Shown here: piece after piece, positions 1-13,498 of the stretch
Layout: every line of letters starts with the position of its first letter
Numbering within the stretch: position 1 is the first letter of the stretch
Assembly (NCBI GenBank): GCA_973895155.1
Contig: OZ316892.1
Coordinates: 23,289,168 to 23,353,167, forward strand
Reading direction: 5' to 3'
Origin: Marsupella aquatica
Lineage: Eukaryota; Plantae; Marchantiophyta
Length of the DNA: 64,000 nt
The notes under the pieces: generated by a model
The model's input: only the letters and a program-made list of their open reading frames with translations
The model's database searches: none
Told to the model about the DNA's origin: nothing
Program-made: the position numbers and the translations under genes

Positions 1-3000
1 TAACTCGACTTCCGGGGATACTCCAACAGCGCTACGTCTACTAAACGAGGCTCTTCTAAGTAGCCCGCATTCAGAGCGGGCTCTAGAATTCAAATCTCGG
101 GCTCTCCTAATTGTGGGTTTCACTTGCCTTGATTGACAACCACTTGTACTTGTCTATACCTAGTTCCAATCTGTCTGTTCCTAGTATTGGTGCTTTGTGT
201 CACTCTCTCATTTTTGTCTGTCACTCTTAACGCTGGTGTTATACTGATGATCTGGTTTGACAGGAGACCTGTGTGACAACCCTAGTTAGAAGTTATTGAC
301 AAGAATAAGGCTGCAAAATGTGCAACAGTGTTTGAATATCCCAGCCACAAGATATATATCAGAGCCGAGGTTTTTTGTGCTCTATGGTGAAGTTGTGGAC
401 CATGATTCTTGGAGATTCTTAAGGCAAAGGTTCCTAGGAAGGCATTTTCGAAGTCAGCTCTTGGTCTAATATAACTTTGTTACGTCGGCAATAATCTGAC
501 TTGAAAACTTATTTTGCTGCAGCTCCGGCGGTATGAGGAAGTGGTTCAACTCTGTGAGCAGAGTTTGGTGACAGCTGAACGGAATCATCCCCCGGCAAGT
601 GGTGACTCTTCAATTTACCAACTACTGCAAGCTGCTAGTGCGGGTGGCACTGCCAAACCTTCAGGTGCTGCATCTCATCTGAAGATGTGGCGGTGGCAGC
701 TAAATGCCAAAGCCAAGTTTCATCTTGGAAGACTGGAGGAGGCACTTGACATGATAACAAAACTGGACGAAATGGCATCTACAGTCACACCCGATAAGTA
801 AGCTTCTTCAGATAGTGGACTGATGTTCTTGCAGATGTCATAGTGGAGTGTTGGAGTTCATACGGTAGTCGTTTGGATTATTTGGATGTCTATTTCGTAA
901 CTGGTATGGATACTCTAGCAAGTGGATGAAGAATGGAATCTGGGCCGGTCAATGAAACGCCTGTTTTTAAGAGAGATCTAGATAATCCAGAGCATGATCT
1001 GTGAAAATCTCTTGGGAGAGGGAGGTTGTTATACGGTGGATAGTTGTTTGAAATTGGCAAGTGATAACCGCTTCGCCAATTTATGGTTCTCATTTTTGCT
1101 TGATGACAGGGCCAACTCTACAGGGACTTTACCCGGATCAGATCCTTGGACACTTTCGATTGCAAGCATACGTGATCTGCTTCGGCACAAGGTGTGGCTA
1201 TGGAATCTTGTCCTAGTTTGTGTCTAGTGTGAATTCTGTCCTTCGGTGCACTCGTCACAAATTAACGACGTGTGGGATGTTCTCAGAGTGATAGTTCAAG
1301 TTAATTAGTTTGGTACAGTTTGATCTTGAAAAAATTCAAGGCAGTCACTCGTGGGTGACAAGCAATCAAATGGACTGTGCCATTTAGTCACAGGTAGAGA
1401 TAGAGTTTGACTCTCATTTTCACTTTCAATGCATGTTGTCAAATTGAATGCGAGAGTCTTGTTAGATCACTTCTTGATTGTTTCAAGTGGTTTTGCAGGC
1501 TGCGGGAAATGATGCTTTTCAAAATGGAAAGCATGCGGAAGCAGTGGAGCACTATTCAGCTGCATTGGCCTGCAATGGAGATTCACGTCCTTTCAATGCT
1601 GTGTGCTTTTGCAATCGGGCTGCAGCTTCCCAAGCTTTGGGAAATATTGGTGATGCAATTGCTGACTGTAGCCGGGCAATTGCACTGGATCCTAAGTATG
1701 CAAAGGTTAGCACCGGACTGTTTTATTTAGGAACCATTTTGAGATTGCCTTTGTGTGTGGTGAAGATCTCAGGCTTTGTTCTCTTTGGGGAATTTGCAAG
1801 GATGATTCTGTAATATTATTTAATGGCTCTCATACGCCATCAGATATCCGCCTGAGTGATTGGGTTTTTTAATTACAGGCAATATCAAGACGCGCCACTT
1901 TACATGAAAAGGTTCGTGATTATGGCCAATCCTGTCATGACTTGCAAAGATTGATCACTCTGTTGGAAGGTCAACAGCAACAGTCGAGAACAACCCTTAG
2001 TCCAAGCAGAGCAGGAAGACCAACGATTAACACACAACAGGACTTGAGACAAGCTCGTGACCGTCTGGCAAAGGCTGAAGATGAGATGAAGAAGGGGCAT
2101 CCTTTGGACCACTACATGATCCTGTGAGTCTTTTGTTGGATTTACCTGGAATGAGATTTTGTCTTGGTGGGCCAGTGATCATTTGACATGTTGGTACATG
2201 TTTGCTATTGTTTACACTGTCCTCGTCAGAAAGGACTTTTTGTGTTCAAATCAGTGCGTTCACGGTAACAATGTCGGTCGTCTACGAAGTGGTTCTGGAT
2301 TTTTCCGCATGTCGGGTCGTGCACAAGTTCTGGTACTTTTTGCTCATGAAGATCTGTTCTGAATGCAGAGGTCTAGAGCCGGGATGCTCACCTAATGAGA
2401 TTAAGAAGGCATATCGAAAGGCAGCATTGAGGCATCATCCAGATAAGGTGGGATTATTGTCTTCGAAGTGTTTTATTAGTTGAATTCTGGTCCCACTACC
2501 GGACCCCATACCTGTTGTTTGAATTGCTCTCTTTCTAATTTGGGTGAAGTTTACTCTCAGTAGTTCTGCTGATGCCGGGAATAATCTCTCGCTTGTTATC
2601 GTTCTTGCATCTGTCGAAATGATCATTTAGCTTCGAAGTCGCTGACGTCCTGACTGCTTGCATTCCTTCTCTACACAGGCGGGGCAATTTTTGTCCAGGA
2701 ATGAAGGAGGCGATGATGGGGGCATGTGGAAGGAGGTGGCCGATGAAGTGCGCCGTGATGCAGAGCGTTTGTTTAAGTTGATCGGTGAAGCGAATGCCAT
2801 CCTTTCTGATCCTCAAAAGGTACTGCAGTTCTGGTTTTTCTATTTCCCCCTTTCTTTAGTTGGAGATGATGGCGCACCAAATGTACTGCTGCAGTTCAGG
2901 TTATTATCACTTCAAGTTCTTTCTTTGCTGCTGTTGAAGGGCGCTGTGATTGAAGATAGGGGTTTAGTGTACAAAGCACTGACTATTTCACAGTTATATG

Positions 3001-3399
3001 TGGTGTGATTGTTCACCTGTTCTCGAAAATGTTGCACATGCATCTGGCAGACAATGTTTTTATGTGGGTTTTCTTTTTCTTGTCACCATTTGGCAGCGCA
3101 ATAGATATGATGCAGAGGAGGAGTTTCGGAAGCTGAGAACCCGTACAACTACCGCTGCTGGTGGGTTTTCTGAAATGTATCGAAGTGCCGAGAGAGGACA
3201 GGGGGGAGCTGGCCGACGGCCTCGTGATCGATATGACTCTTGGAGTGGCTATAGTCATCAACATCAACGTTGGCAGAGTGGACCGGATGCTGCACAGCCC
3301 GACACATATGCTCGTCGTGGGCGGTATGGGTCAAATAATAGTTCACGAAGTAATGGAGATGGGGGCCGGTTTAATGAGTATGACTGGGATGACATGTAG
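1..3399 (+). CDS. TPR-repeat + C-terminal J-domain co-chaperone (plant DNAJC7/TPR2-like family), 5'-truncated by window edge
   Basis: GT-AG exons <1-112, 523-797, 1110-1191, 1499-1705, 1879-2123, 2369-2447, 2679-2819, 3097-3399 join in frame. TPR motifs (AAGNDAFQNGKHAEAVEHYSAAL, CFCNRAAASQALG, AIADCSRAIALDPKYAKAISRRA) are followed by a J-domain (DHYMILGL..EIKKAYRKAALRHHPDK..AERLFKLIGEANAILSDPQKRNRYD) with the HPD motif. Confidence 0.93.
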
Positions 3400-5538
3400 T
3401 ACTTACTAAAAAGGAAACCCTATTGAGTCACTCATATCTGTGAAAGGAGTATGAGCATTGCCTTCTGGCATAGAGATTTGACCCTCCACTTTTTGACCCT
3501 AGAACTGATCTTGGATAACTTTACAATTTTTGAGTCCTTGGAAGTGTTCTGTCCACGTGTATGGTAATGAAGGATGGACCTTGCAGGGTCATTACCAAAA
3601 CGACCATCAAATTCAAGTAGGAATTTGTCTATTAGCCAGTAATGTTAATACATTTGTAGAGGTTGAAGCTATGAAGGAAAAAGTATAAAAAAAAGAGTTA
3701 CCCAAGATTTTGTATCAAGAAGGTTTGCCTGTGAAGATGGGAGCTCTGTATTATCGGACATCTACACGTAGTGGTGTCTGATTCCTTTCTCAGATGATCT
3801 TCTGGTTTCATTGGATATAGGACTCCCTTGTGATTGGCTGTATTCTGCATGGTTTAATCTGATTTGCCTGTATTTATCATACCATCTCTCGTCTTTGAAT
3901 GATCCAGAAGGTTCTGGTGCTAGATGTGTTTGTTGCCGCATTGGATGCTTTTACTATGATCACTTCTTGATTTACAGAATCGTCTTGACTGTCTGTTACA
4001 GTCATCTTTGATAGCTTTGAAGATCTCCAATAGCAAAAGACATCGTTTGTCAGATGTTGGGATGCGGAAACTAGGGCGTCTGGGGCTGTGGTTTTTGTTT
4101 GCCCCCGTTGCCGAAAAGCTGGGGGTGTAGCTTTTGTTTGCCCACGTTTGGCGAAAAGTCATGTAGGCTATCACAGAACAGGCTTCGTCCACATCGGTGA
4201 GATCATCATGTGTGCCTCATTTCTCTGATCGTATTCTCCGGGTGGTTCAAACTTCAAGTTGGATCTTGCTTACTTTATAGAAGTACCCAAAAGATCAACT
4301 GAATGAGACTATCGAACGATCAGCGGGACATTGACGGCAATTAAAGCCGGGGAAAGCGGGCCTTTCGAGTTGGTTGAAGTGGGTTAATAGTCAAACAATG
4401 GGTTTCTGACACAAGAAGTCTTTTCTAGTCGTAAAACATTAGAGGTTTTACATTCCAGTGGGCTGATGAAGTGAGTCTGCAATAGCAGGGTTTAGCAGAT
4501 CTATGGGTGAAATGATGAACATAGGAAAGTGGATCTGCATTAGTCAAGACAATTGAAGTGACTGATTTATGGGCTTGTGTGCATATCTTATCTCTTCTGT
4601 TAACCCGACCTCACAGTTTTGACCATGTGACTAATTGAAGGACACAATGTGCAATTGAAGCTGACATTTGACAATGATTGGGCAGCATTACAGACTTTTC
4701 CAACATCCAAAATCTGTTATGATGTCATGCAACAGAACTATCACTTCAAAGTTGGGAAAATAAAGAAGAAATGAGGCAACATTAAATCTATCTGTCCAGG
4801 AGCAACACGTCAAAGATAGGGTTAACTTCCCGGAGAGTACTGAAGACTAAGATGAAGTTGAAAATTCAACGATGTTCTGTGCTATCGTCGCCCATTGAGC
4901 TCTATTCTTGGTCTGGACTACCGGGTCTTGCTATCCCCTTTTCTGACCAATGATGTGATGGAAACAAACATCAGACAAGGGATTGTTCAAATAAGCAAAC
5001 ACTTAGATGCTTTTGAATTGGGGCGGATGTTCAGCAGAATGAAGACTTCAGAGAAAACGTCTTTTGCCAGAATGGGGATACTGAGCTCCAATTGAAATTT
5101 GTTCCAGGAATCAATTCTGGTGGGACTGATCTGTGTTTGACTTCCACATTTTGAACTCCATGACTAAGGCAACTTTACAAGATTTCGGTAACAAGTTTCC
5201 ACTACCAATTTTGAATTGAGTACCTCAGACTCCAAACGTCATAGACGAGCTACCTTTCATAAGACCTCATGGTACAAGTTACATCCGGAATTCTACCTCC
5301 TACATTCTCATTCCACACATCTTTTTCACGCTACCAAACGGAAGTAATTCGATTGATGGCAGGATATTTTTAAGGAGCACAACTCTATTTGATTGGAACT
5401 AAACTCTTCACTAGAAACCTGGAAAGAGAACAAACAAGACTACAGATGGACTCTGTTAAATTCTCATTGAGGATAGCTGGATTTAAGGAAATACTCTCTC
5501 CACTCCTCTCCATACTCTCATCCCCTCCATCAACATCC

Positions 5539-8500
5539 CTACGCATCCACGTCAACATCTGTACTGTTTTGTTGGCCCCAAAGTTGGGCATAGCGACCTC
5601 CCAAAGCCAGAAGCTCATCATGAGGTCCATGCTCTACTACTACTCCATTCTCCAGAACAACCACCTGTTGGATTTATTCAGTACGAACAACTTTAGGGCA
5701 CTATGCCACAGGACTCGAAACAACTTCATCTTTAAGAAAGTAGTTTACAACTCACAAACAAGTGAGAAAATAACAGATAAAACTCAGATTACACCTCATC
5801 TCCTTTCGAGAGATACTTATGAGATGGAATCACATGTCCCCACCCTCAAAGCATAACCATGGACACAATTTGATTTAGAGTAACGTCGGCTTCTACAGAT
5901 GTCTGCTTAAATGGTGAATCCCAAGTTACTCCACCAAGTTGAAGTTCAAGTGTGGCACTGGTTAGAGAGAGTTTCAATGAGCTCACCGTATCACACTGTG
6001 CTGCAGTTGTCAGGCGATGCGCGATAAAGACTGCTGTTCGATTTTGAGCTAAGGAGTTCAAGGCCCCAAGAATTTCACCTTCGGTTGTGCTGTCAAGAGC
6101 ACTTGTTGCCTCATCACAGAGCCTGTACCAGTAACCCATGAATATTCCACGAATGAGTCATACGTCACATGTTATTATTACTGCATGGAACATAAGTCGG
6201 CACACTGAATATGGTGTTCCTGAGGTGATTTCTGATGCATGGAAGTCTACACTTGCACTTCCTAAGCAAATTCAATACAACTATAGACATCGTTAACGTC
6301 CCAAGTAGACTAGCCTCCATCTTGCACTACTCAACACACAATCTCGATGCCCCTAAGATACAAATATTGGAAACTTGAGACGAAATGCAGAGAAATAGGC
6401 CCGTACAAAATAGGGGGAGCCTTCAGGAAAGCCCTTGCTAGTGCGACCCGCTGCTTTTCTCCCCCACTTAGCTGAATCAGAGCAAAATTTGTGTTAGTGA
6501 CTTCTAGGCTCCCTCATCTTCCCAATAAATAGAAATGTTCATACTGGCCACGCATGAATGTTTCAATCATTAAAATTAGAATGCAGAAGCACCTTCAATC
6601 CTCGCTCTCCAACCTGGGTTTTATACCCGTCAGGAAACTTAGATATGACGTCATGAATAGCTGCTTGTTTTGCAGCTGCATATACCTGCGATCCTCCAAA
6701 AGCAAATTTAAGGACAGATTGACATTTAGAAATGCCAGTCTGAGAAGACACCCAAGTTCTATGACAGATTCACAATTAGCAATGCCACAGTCTGAAAAGA
6801 TACTCAAGGTCTATGAAATCTCTGCACTGAATGACCAGGTTACATACCTCCTCTTCTGCAGCGGACAAGTTCCCGTAATGTATATTGTAATAAATGGTAT
6901 CATTAAACAACACCTGCACATGACCCATAGTGCTATTCAAGTCGGTATATTCAAACTGAAGTTCACTTTAAAGTCATATCCTCTATGCCCACTTGCCACA
7001 ACGCCCCTGGAACTGTATATAGATGCTGATTCTGAAGCAAAATACCGTGTCTTGTGGAACGACTGCAATGGACTTTCGTAAGCTCTCAATTGTCACATCT
7101 CTCACATCCTGACCATCAATTTTGACCTGCACAGCTCACCACCATAAACCACATCCATTAAACACCCACTCCCTTGATGTCCAAGGGCTGCACAGAATGA
7201 GCCACAAAGACGCACGCCTTCGGAATCTAACAACTTTGCAAACACTTGCACTGCTGACAGACTGCCAATCAAATTTCCTCCTTCAGTGAGTTTGGAAAGT
7301 CAAAATACGGATATGGACGGAATCACTGGACGCTTTTACGTTGCAGTGGTCCCGATCTAAAGCTGGACGAACTACACATTGTATAGTCTTTAGCATACTC
7401 TCTCTCAGTTGTTATAGTCAGCTCATCAGGACATGGGACAGAGAATGACTTAGGGATAGACATAGTTCAGACTGCTCCTGATTGACAGTCAAAGAATCGA
7501 AAAAGTAGCCGTAGAATGGTAGAATTCCCTGTTATCGGAAAACAGAAACAACTTATCAGGACATGGGACAGAGAATGATTTAGGGATAGACATAGTTCAT
7601 ACCGCTCCTGATTGACAGTCAAAGAACCGGAAAAGTAGCCGTAAAATGGTAGACTTCCCTGTCGTGGAAAACACGAACAATACACACGTATCTTAAGAAT
7701 GTGAGGGACAAATCAATCAGTCCAGGCGAGGAATCATAAAGATGTGCCCTCCAGATATGAGGATAAGGGCGTTATCTACTCAATTCACTAGCTAGTTTCT
7801 GACAATACTGGTATGCTGGGTTGCATGGAGCAAAGAGATGCCGTCCGCAGAACTCCACAGGAAATCGTACTGGCTGCAGTACACTTACAGCAACTGCATC
7901 TCTAAAACAGCGACTGACAGAAGAATATGTTTCAAGGTTGATGCAACCTGCGGACAAGTCTACTTGTACAGTTCGATGCTTGCTGTGATACTAGGACACT
8001 TCACAATTCTGCACAAAACTATTTCTTGCTGTCAGTCAAGCAAAGACGTGAAGGACACACCACTGCCACTTGTCCCCACAATGGCGACACTCGTCCCTGC
8101 TGGTACTGTCAATGAAGCACCATTTAAAATTAGCCGCTCTGGCACATACCTTCAGCAACATATTTCAAAATCTGTTAGACTTTACTAAATGAGTTCAAAC
8201 TACATCGCTAGGTTCTTTGCTGTTATGCATATCTTTGCTGATCACAGGAGAGTCAGGAATTCAGAATCTGAGCACTAAGACAATCAGTACCTAGTCCACA
8301 ATCCATCAAAGAACGCCTTATTTTAAAGTTGGCCTCACGAAATCAGCGCAGCTCGTTAATTATAAGAAAGGTCACTCCTCTTTCTTGCTCTTACTATAAA
8401 ATTATCATCCTCCAGTCCCCCACTTCGGACCGAGAAAACAGCTCGGTAATGTAAAACTCTACTTTAAAGCATAATCGTGAGATATAAAACAGCTACACGA

Positions 8501-11500
8501 AAGAGTGGCAAAGTAAACAGACCCAAAGGTAACATTTTCAAAACTTATTGCTCCTCCTTTGAAGTCGAGAGGCTTTGCATGTGGTGCATTTTGGATCCCC
8601 GATTGCACCTGCACATAAGGACAATAAATCACCACACGATTTGCCTCTGAAGCGCGCAATCTTCTCCTGTCCAAGAAAAATTCTGCTCTCATAGCTTCTC
8701 AAATAGTAACACAACCGTTAGCAACAAAATAGATGGTAGACGTCCATGGGTCAGGAGCAGTAGATCAATGCCCCACTACTTGCCAAGATTTTAGTTACAT
8801 TTCCAGAAGTACTAGATGAGACACAAACTTAAAAGTCCGGACAACTCAAGTGCATAATCTTTAAGTTGTGATCGGTACCTCAAGTAATGAGAACATCTGA
8901 TGCATGTCAATCAGACTTTGTTTAGTTTCACGATAAACGGTGCCCAGAAAGTTCAATGGAAGGGATAGTTGGAAGAGGAGGCCATTGACCATAACCTGCA
9001 GCAGCAAGGACGTGTCTAATCATATCACTTATTCATGAACGGTTGAAAAAGCACATGCCGGAAGCTACAGGGAGAAAGTGAATCAAAGGAGACGATGTTT
9101 ATCCTCTTGGTGCCGCGTAGGGCAACATTCAAGCAATGAGAACATGTGATGGTTCTAGATTCAGATATACAGCACGAAAACCTAAAGCAATAACAATTTC
9201 CAATTTGGATATCAACAAGTTGACCGAATTCGATTGCGTCTTTTTAGCTCTTTCAGTAATTAAACTTACCAAGTCTCCGACGGTCATTTGGCCACTCATA
9301 ATGCCATTCCCACACATGACCATGGCAATTGATAAGGCGGCACTAAATATTAGATTCTGTCCCAAATTAAGTGCTGATAGACTGCTTTGTGTTTTTAGAG
9401 ATGCCTCCTCGTATTCTGAAACAGTCAATCAAAAGGACATTATTGAACAAAGCTAGAGGCCGCCGCCACAGGAAAACTTCAGATTTGTGTTCCATCGTTT
9501 CCTAAAGCTTGGGGAAGCCGTCAGAGTGAGAATGGCCATTTAAACACAGATGCTGACTTGCAATGTGTAAATTTGCACTAGAGGTTGCAAAGGCCCAATT
9601 CTCATGACCTACAAATGGCTTTGGGTAAACGTTTGCATGGTAAACCAAAAAACAGCGCCCCAGTACATGCTGTAGACTAATGTGATGAAGAAGATAGAAG
9701 ACCCACTCTTCAAAGATGAGTCGTACAGGTCAACTTCATGCTCCTCATTGTTGAAGTATTGGACTGTCTGCAATCATCCCTACCACTTTGCTGTCATGAT
9801 TTCAAATACGCTACATCGCATGAAACATCCTTCCGCATTCCAAAAATTCCATTATGATCTCATAGCTGACTTTAACTAACCTCATAGTTGAGGAGTGAGT
9901 CAGTAGCCCGCGAGGTGGCAGTATTATCAGCTTTGTTCATGTCCTGTCTGAACTTCGTGCGCCACTGTTTCATACAATTTAAAAATCTTAAATGTCGAGC
10001 TCGAACCTATCTGAATTAGTGGGGAGATTGTCCTGGACCAACCCCTGATGTTCAGAAACTTGTTCAGGCAACAGAATTAGAAGCCACCAGTGATCTGAAA
10101 TCGTGGAAAAATCAACTTTTAAGCATGTTTCACGTATCCTCCAAGAGTAAACAGCCTGTAGAGCCAAAAGAGCTCGAGTACGAGCTACAAACGTCACCAG
10201 AGAAAGGAACATCTAGAACTTCCAGACAGCTCAGTACATGATTTAAGGAAGATTGCGAATTGCATAAAGTTAAAACCAGAGTTGTAAGCGAAAAGACCTG
10301 GGTTACACTCAACGTGAATATTGTGTAGGCTGAAACGGTGATAGCTGTCACCCACGCAAATGGAGCTCCAAACTTGTATGCTAATATACCAGCCACCAAA
10401 GATATCTGGCAGGCCAGCACTCTAGTCATCGTTCTCACATGTGAAAGCAACTCATTCAAGAACCGGGGCCACTAAACTTCACCTCCAACCTCAAACTTCG
10501 GACTCTTAGTAAAATATGAGCCAGCATTCTAACAAGCAATAGAAGAAGGTCGTCATTGAAACTCATCAAAGGAGAAAGAATGAAAAAGCCAACCTCCAAG
10601 ATGGTCGGCACAACATTAAAAACCATTGATGTAAGAATAAAATTAATGGCTCGAGTTCCTCGTTCAATTGTGCGATTCAAAGCTCCTGTTTCTCGACTGC
10701 AACCATCCTTTCGCAATATGTAAATAGTTCCCAGCATGCGAGTTTCATGTCTTCTCGGATCAGGCCCGAACTTCTAATTGAGATGATGCCGTCAAGGATG
10801 CAATGCTTTCGATGGCACCTGACTACTATGAGCATTTGAGGAAAACAATTGCATGAGAAAGTGGGCAAGAAGTAAGACCTCAAGTGGTATTTGAGATCTA
10901 GTTGGTGCAAGTGTGCGAAAACCTGAACATTACAAATTGACAAAAAGTAAGCTAATAGGACATTCTTATTAGAACCTAAACTAAGCTTTATACCAATCAA
11001 ACAGGACACAGGACATTTGGAGAGAGCGGCCATTCGAACCTTCTTGGCAACTGTTCGAATGGTTCCCTGGGCCACTTTTGCAAAGACAGTATTGCGAAAT
11101 TCTGAAACCCAACAGTTAAGGCAGATTCAGTTCAGCCAGAAATTCGGATTTATGCTAAACACGTTGGAAATATAATGCACCCAGTTTGGCATCAAACATT
11201 TGACATGAGCCTACCTAGATGCACGATCGCTCTGTCCACAAACGCTAAACCTAACCAATTCATTCTAGACTTTACCGGATAACATAGAAACCTATTGCCA
11301 AATCAGTACCGTTGCACGCTGCAGCACCAGCGCGTGCAATGCCATATCCGAGTAGAGCTGCTGTGGGAGTTCCCAAAAATGCAAAGAGCATAGCATTTTC
11401 ACTTATTGTGGCAGCAGCCGTTGCTCCTGTTGCTCCCACAGCTGTTGACAGACTATCGATGGCATATTTAAAAAGAAAGGGGACTTGGACATTCAAGACC

Positions 11501-13324
11501 TACATGGCAACCAAATAACGTAAGTGGATGAAAACGAGACCCAAAGCAGTGTTGGGAAATATAACACCTACAGGTCCCCGACAATTGTTACAGCAGCAAG
11601 AAGGATTTTAAAATTAGACAAACAGTACTAATGGCTAAACACGACCAGCTTGGTTTGCTGGACATTTCTAGCTGCAAAGAGTGTCGCCCATCATTCCTGA
11701 CAATCTGACTATGAGTTCGTTTTGACCATGATTGTGGGTCTCATACATTCTAAAGCTGGTAAAATCACCAGGAGCACCTGTTGCATACCTTGGATCCTAC
11801 CAAAAGGCCCAGGGCAATAAGAACTCGCCTGCGAAACTCAGGATTGTCATGGGGCCACAGATATGATGAGAGAGTACGTAGAATCTCCAAATCTGCCTCA
11901 TTCTCAGATTTTTCCTTTACGAGTGTGGTTGTTTGCGACTGTATCCCGGGCACATTCGGTGAAGCTCTCGAATTGGTGGAAGTTGAAGCTGACCTTGATC
12001 GGATCTACTTGCATTGAAATGGACATTGAAGACGCAATTGTCAAATTTCTGCTTTGAAGCTATGACTCAAAACTTCTGCCATTGATGTCTGACACTTTAA
12101 TAAGTAGCGCAAGCGCCCAGAGAGGCATGGCTGTGTGGTAGCTCACTTGAGTGGAGACGGATAGGTCTTGGGTTCAATTGTTGTGACTGAGTGTTCCCTT
12201 TCTGTGAGGTTACACAAATTTCCATTCAGAAAAAACATATTAAAAAAAGAAAAAAAGTGCCCCAAGCATTTCTCAAGTAAGAAAGCTGTGCCATCGCTCT
12301 TAAGGTCCACGAGAAGGTGGTGGGTAGACGAGCCTGCGAGGGGAAATGAACTTTCGGAAATCGAATGTGACTTTGTCCGGTTTATTTCAGTCTCAAGCAT
12401 TTGGAAGAAATTAACACGTCGCTCACCATGCCTGTTATCTCTTCTTAAATATTCTTGAGGTGCCTTGACAGAAGCAATTCAGATAACTTTCGAGCATTGA
12501 TGAGAGGAGGAATCTTCCTATATCTCCAGTAGACCTCCATTGTCTCTAAGCTCCTGGAGATGGTTTGTTAACTTTCCATCCCATCCCCTTTCTTCAATTT
12601 GAAAGGCAAGGGACACGAGGTGTTTTCTCTACCGACCAGCATGAGATTAGAAACAAAGAGGCAATCCACACACCTAGGGAAACTAAATTCTTAGGTACAT
12701 ATTGGGATATGAACTAGGTCATCTACCGCTGCACCACTTCGGAGAAGGGAGGAGGGAGCTTACAGAGAAGTTAGAAGACCGGAATTTCGACGATCCAGAA
12801 GTGCCGAGCCCCAATCCTTCGGCCAATAGATACCCGGCGGAAGACCTTTGTAACAGCGCGCCTCTTGCCTCCCAACTATCACTCCAAGTCTTGAAGGTGA
12901 ATTCACCTGTGTCTTCCTCCAACTCCAAATTTCCTTCCATGTTTGAGATTGCAAGACGACCCCGCCCATCGATTGACCTGGTGTGCACTAATCCTCGTAG
13001 ATTGCGCCCTAAATCCTGTTCAATCTGCAAGGAATTCCTGTCCTGACACACACCCCAATGGCTCGCCGGGCTCCATGCTACCGACTTCCTCAGGGAATGG
13101 AGCCTAGCCTCTAGGAGACCTACGGTTGTGATTCCACGATCATCGACCGCTCGTTGTGCTCCAATTGAAGAACTGTGCACATTCCTGCCAAAATTCCGAG
13201 CAGTGCTATTGTATTCCTGCTGTTGCACCTCCCCACGGGCACCAGCCGCTGGATTTCTGCCTCCGCTTCTCCTACATTTGAGGCCCTTCTCGATGAGTGC
13301 CTGCCGCACCTTTTGCATTCCCAT
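5539..13324 (-). CDS. ATM3: Mitochondrial ABCB half-transporter, ATM1/ABCB7/ATM3 (ABCB25) family
   Basis: Many minus-strand exons: TM domain ([94 protein letters not shown]), Walker A GTSGSG/KST, signature [24 protein letters not shown], Walker [12 protein letters not shown]-loop IAHRL, stop TAG at 5539-5541. The N-terminal exon(s) 12000-13324 and the start codon are uncertain. Confidence 0.93.
7424..7662 (-). repeat. 130-bp tandem duplication containing two copies of a 56-nt ATM3 exon (7603-7658 and 7473-7528)
   Basis: Near-identical blocks 130 bp apart. Copy A reads cag|GG AAG TCT ACC..GGA GCG|gtatga ([19 protein letters not shown]); copy B reads cag|GG AAT TCT ACC..GGA GCA|gtctga ([19 protein letters not shown]). 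Confidence 0.95.
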
Positions 13325-13357
13325 CGAGTGCGTCCTCAGCTTTCATACACCCCTGTT

Positions 13358-13498
13358 ACTCACTCACTCACTCACTCACTCACTCACCTGGACCTTATCT
13401 GTCGCTCCTTAGCTTCAATTCGATCAGGGTGGTCAATCTCTGGGCTTGAAATTGATGTGTCAGTCAGTCAGTCAATCAATCAATCAATCAATCAATCA
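13358..13498. repeat. Tetranucleotide microsatellites (CTCA)n, (TCAG)n and (TCAA)n upstream of ATM3
   Basis: actcactcactcactcactcactcactcac at ~13358-13387; tcagtcagtcagtcaatcaatcaatcaatcaatcaatcaa at ~13460-13499. Confidence 0.9.

Noticed and set aside
4200-5140. Possible degraded coding fragment between the convergent TPR-J and ATM3 genes
   Set aside because: Short protein-like frames (e.g. SILGLDYRVLLSPFLT) but no family recognised and no consistent splice structure.
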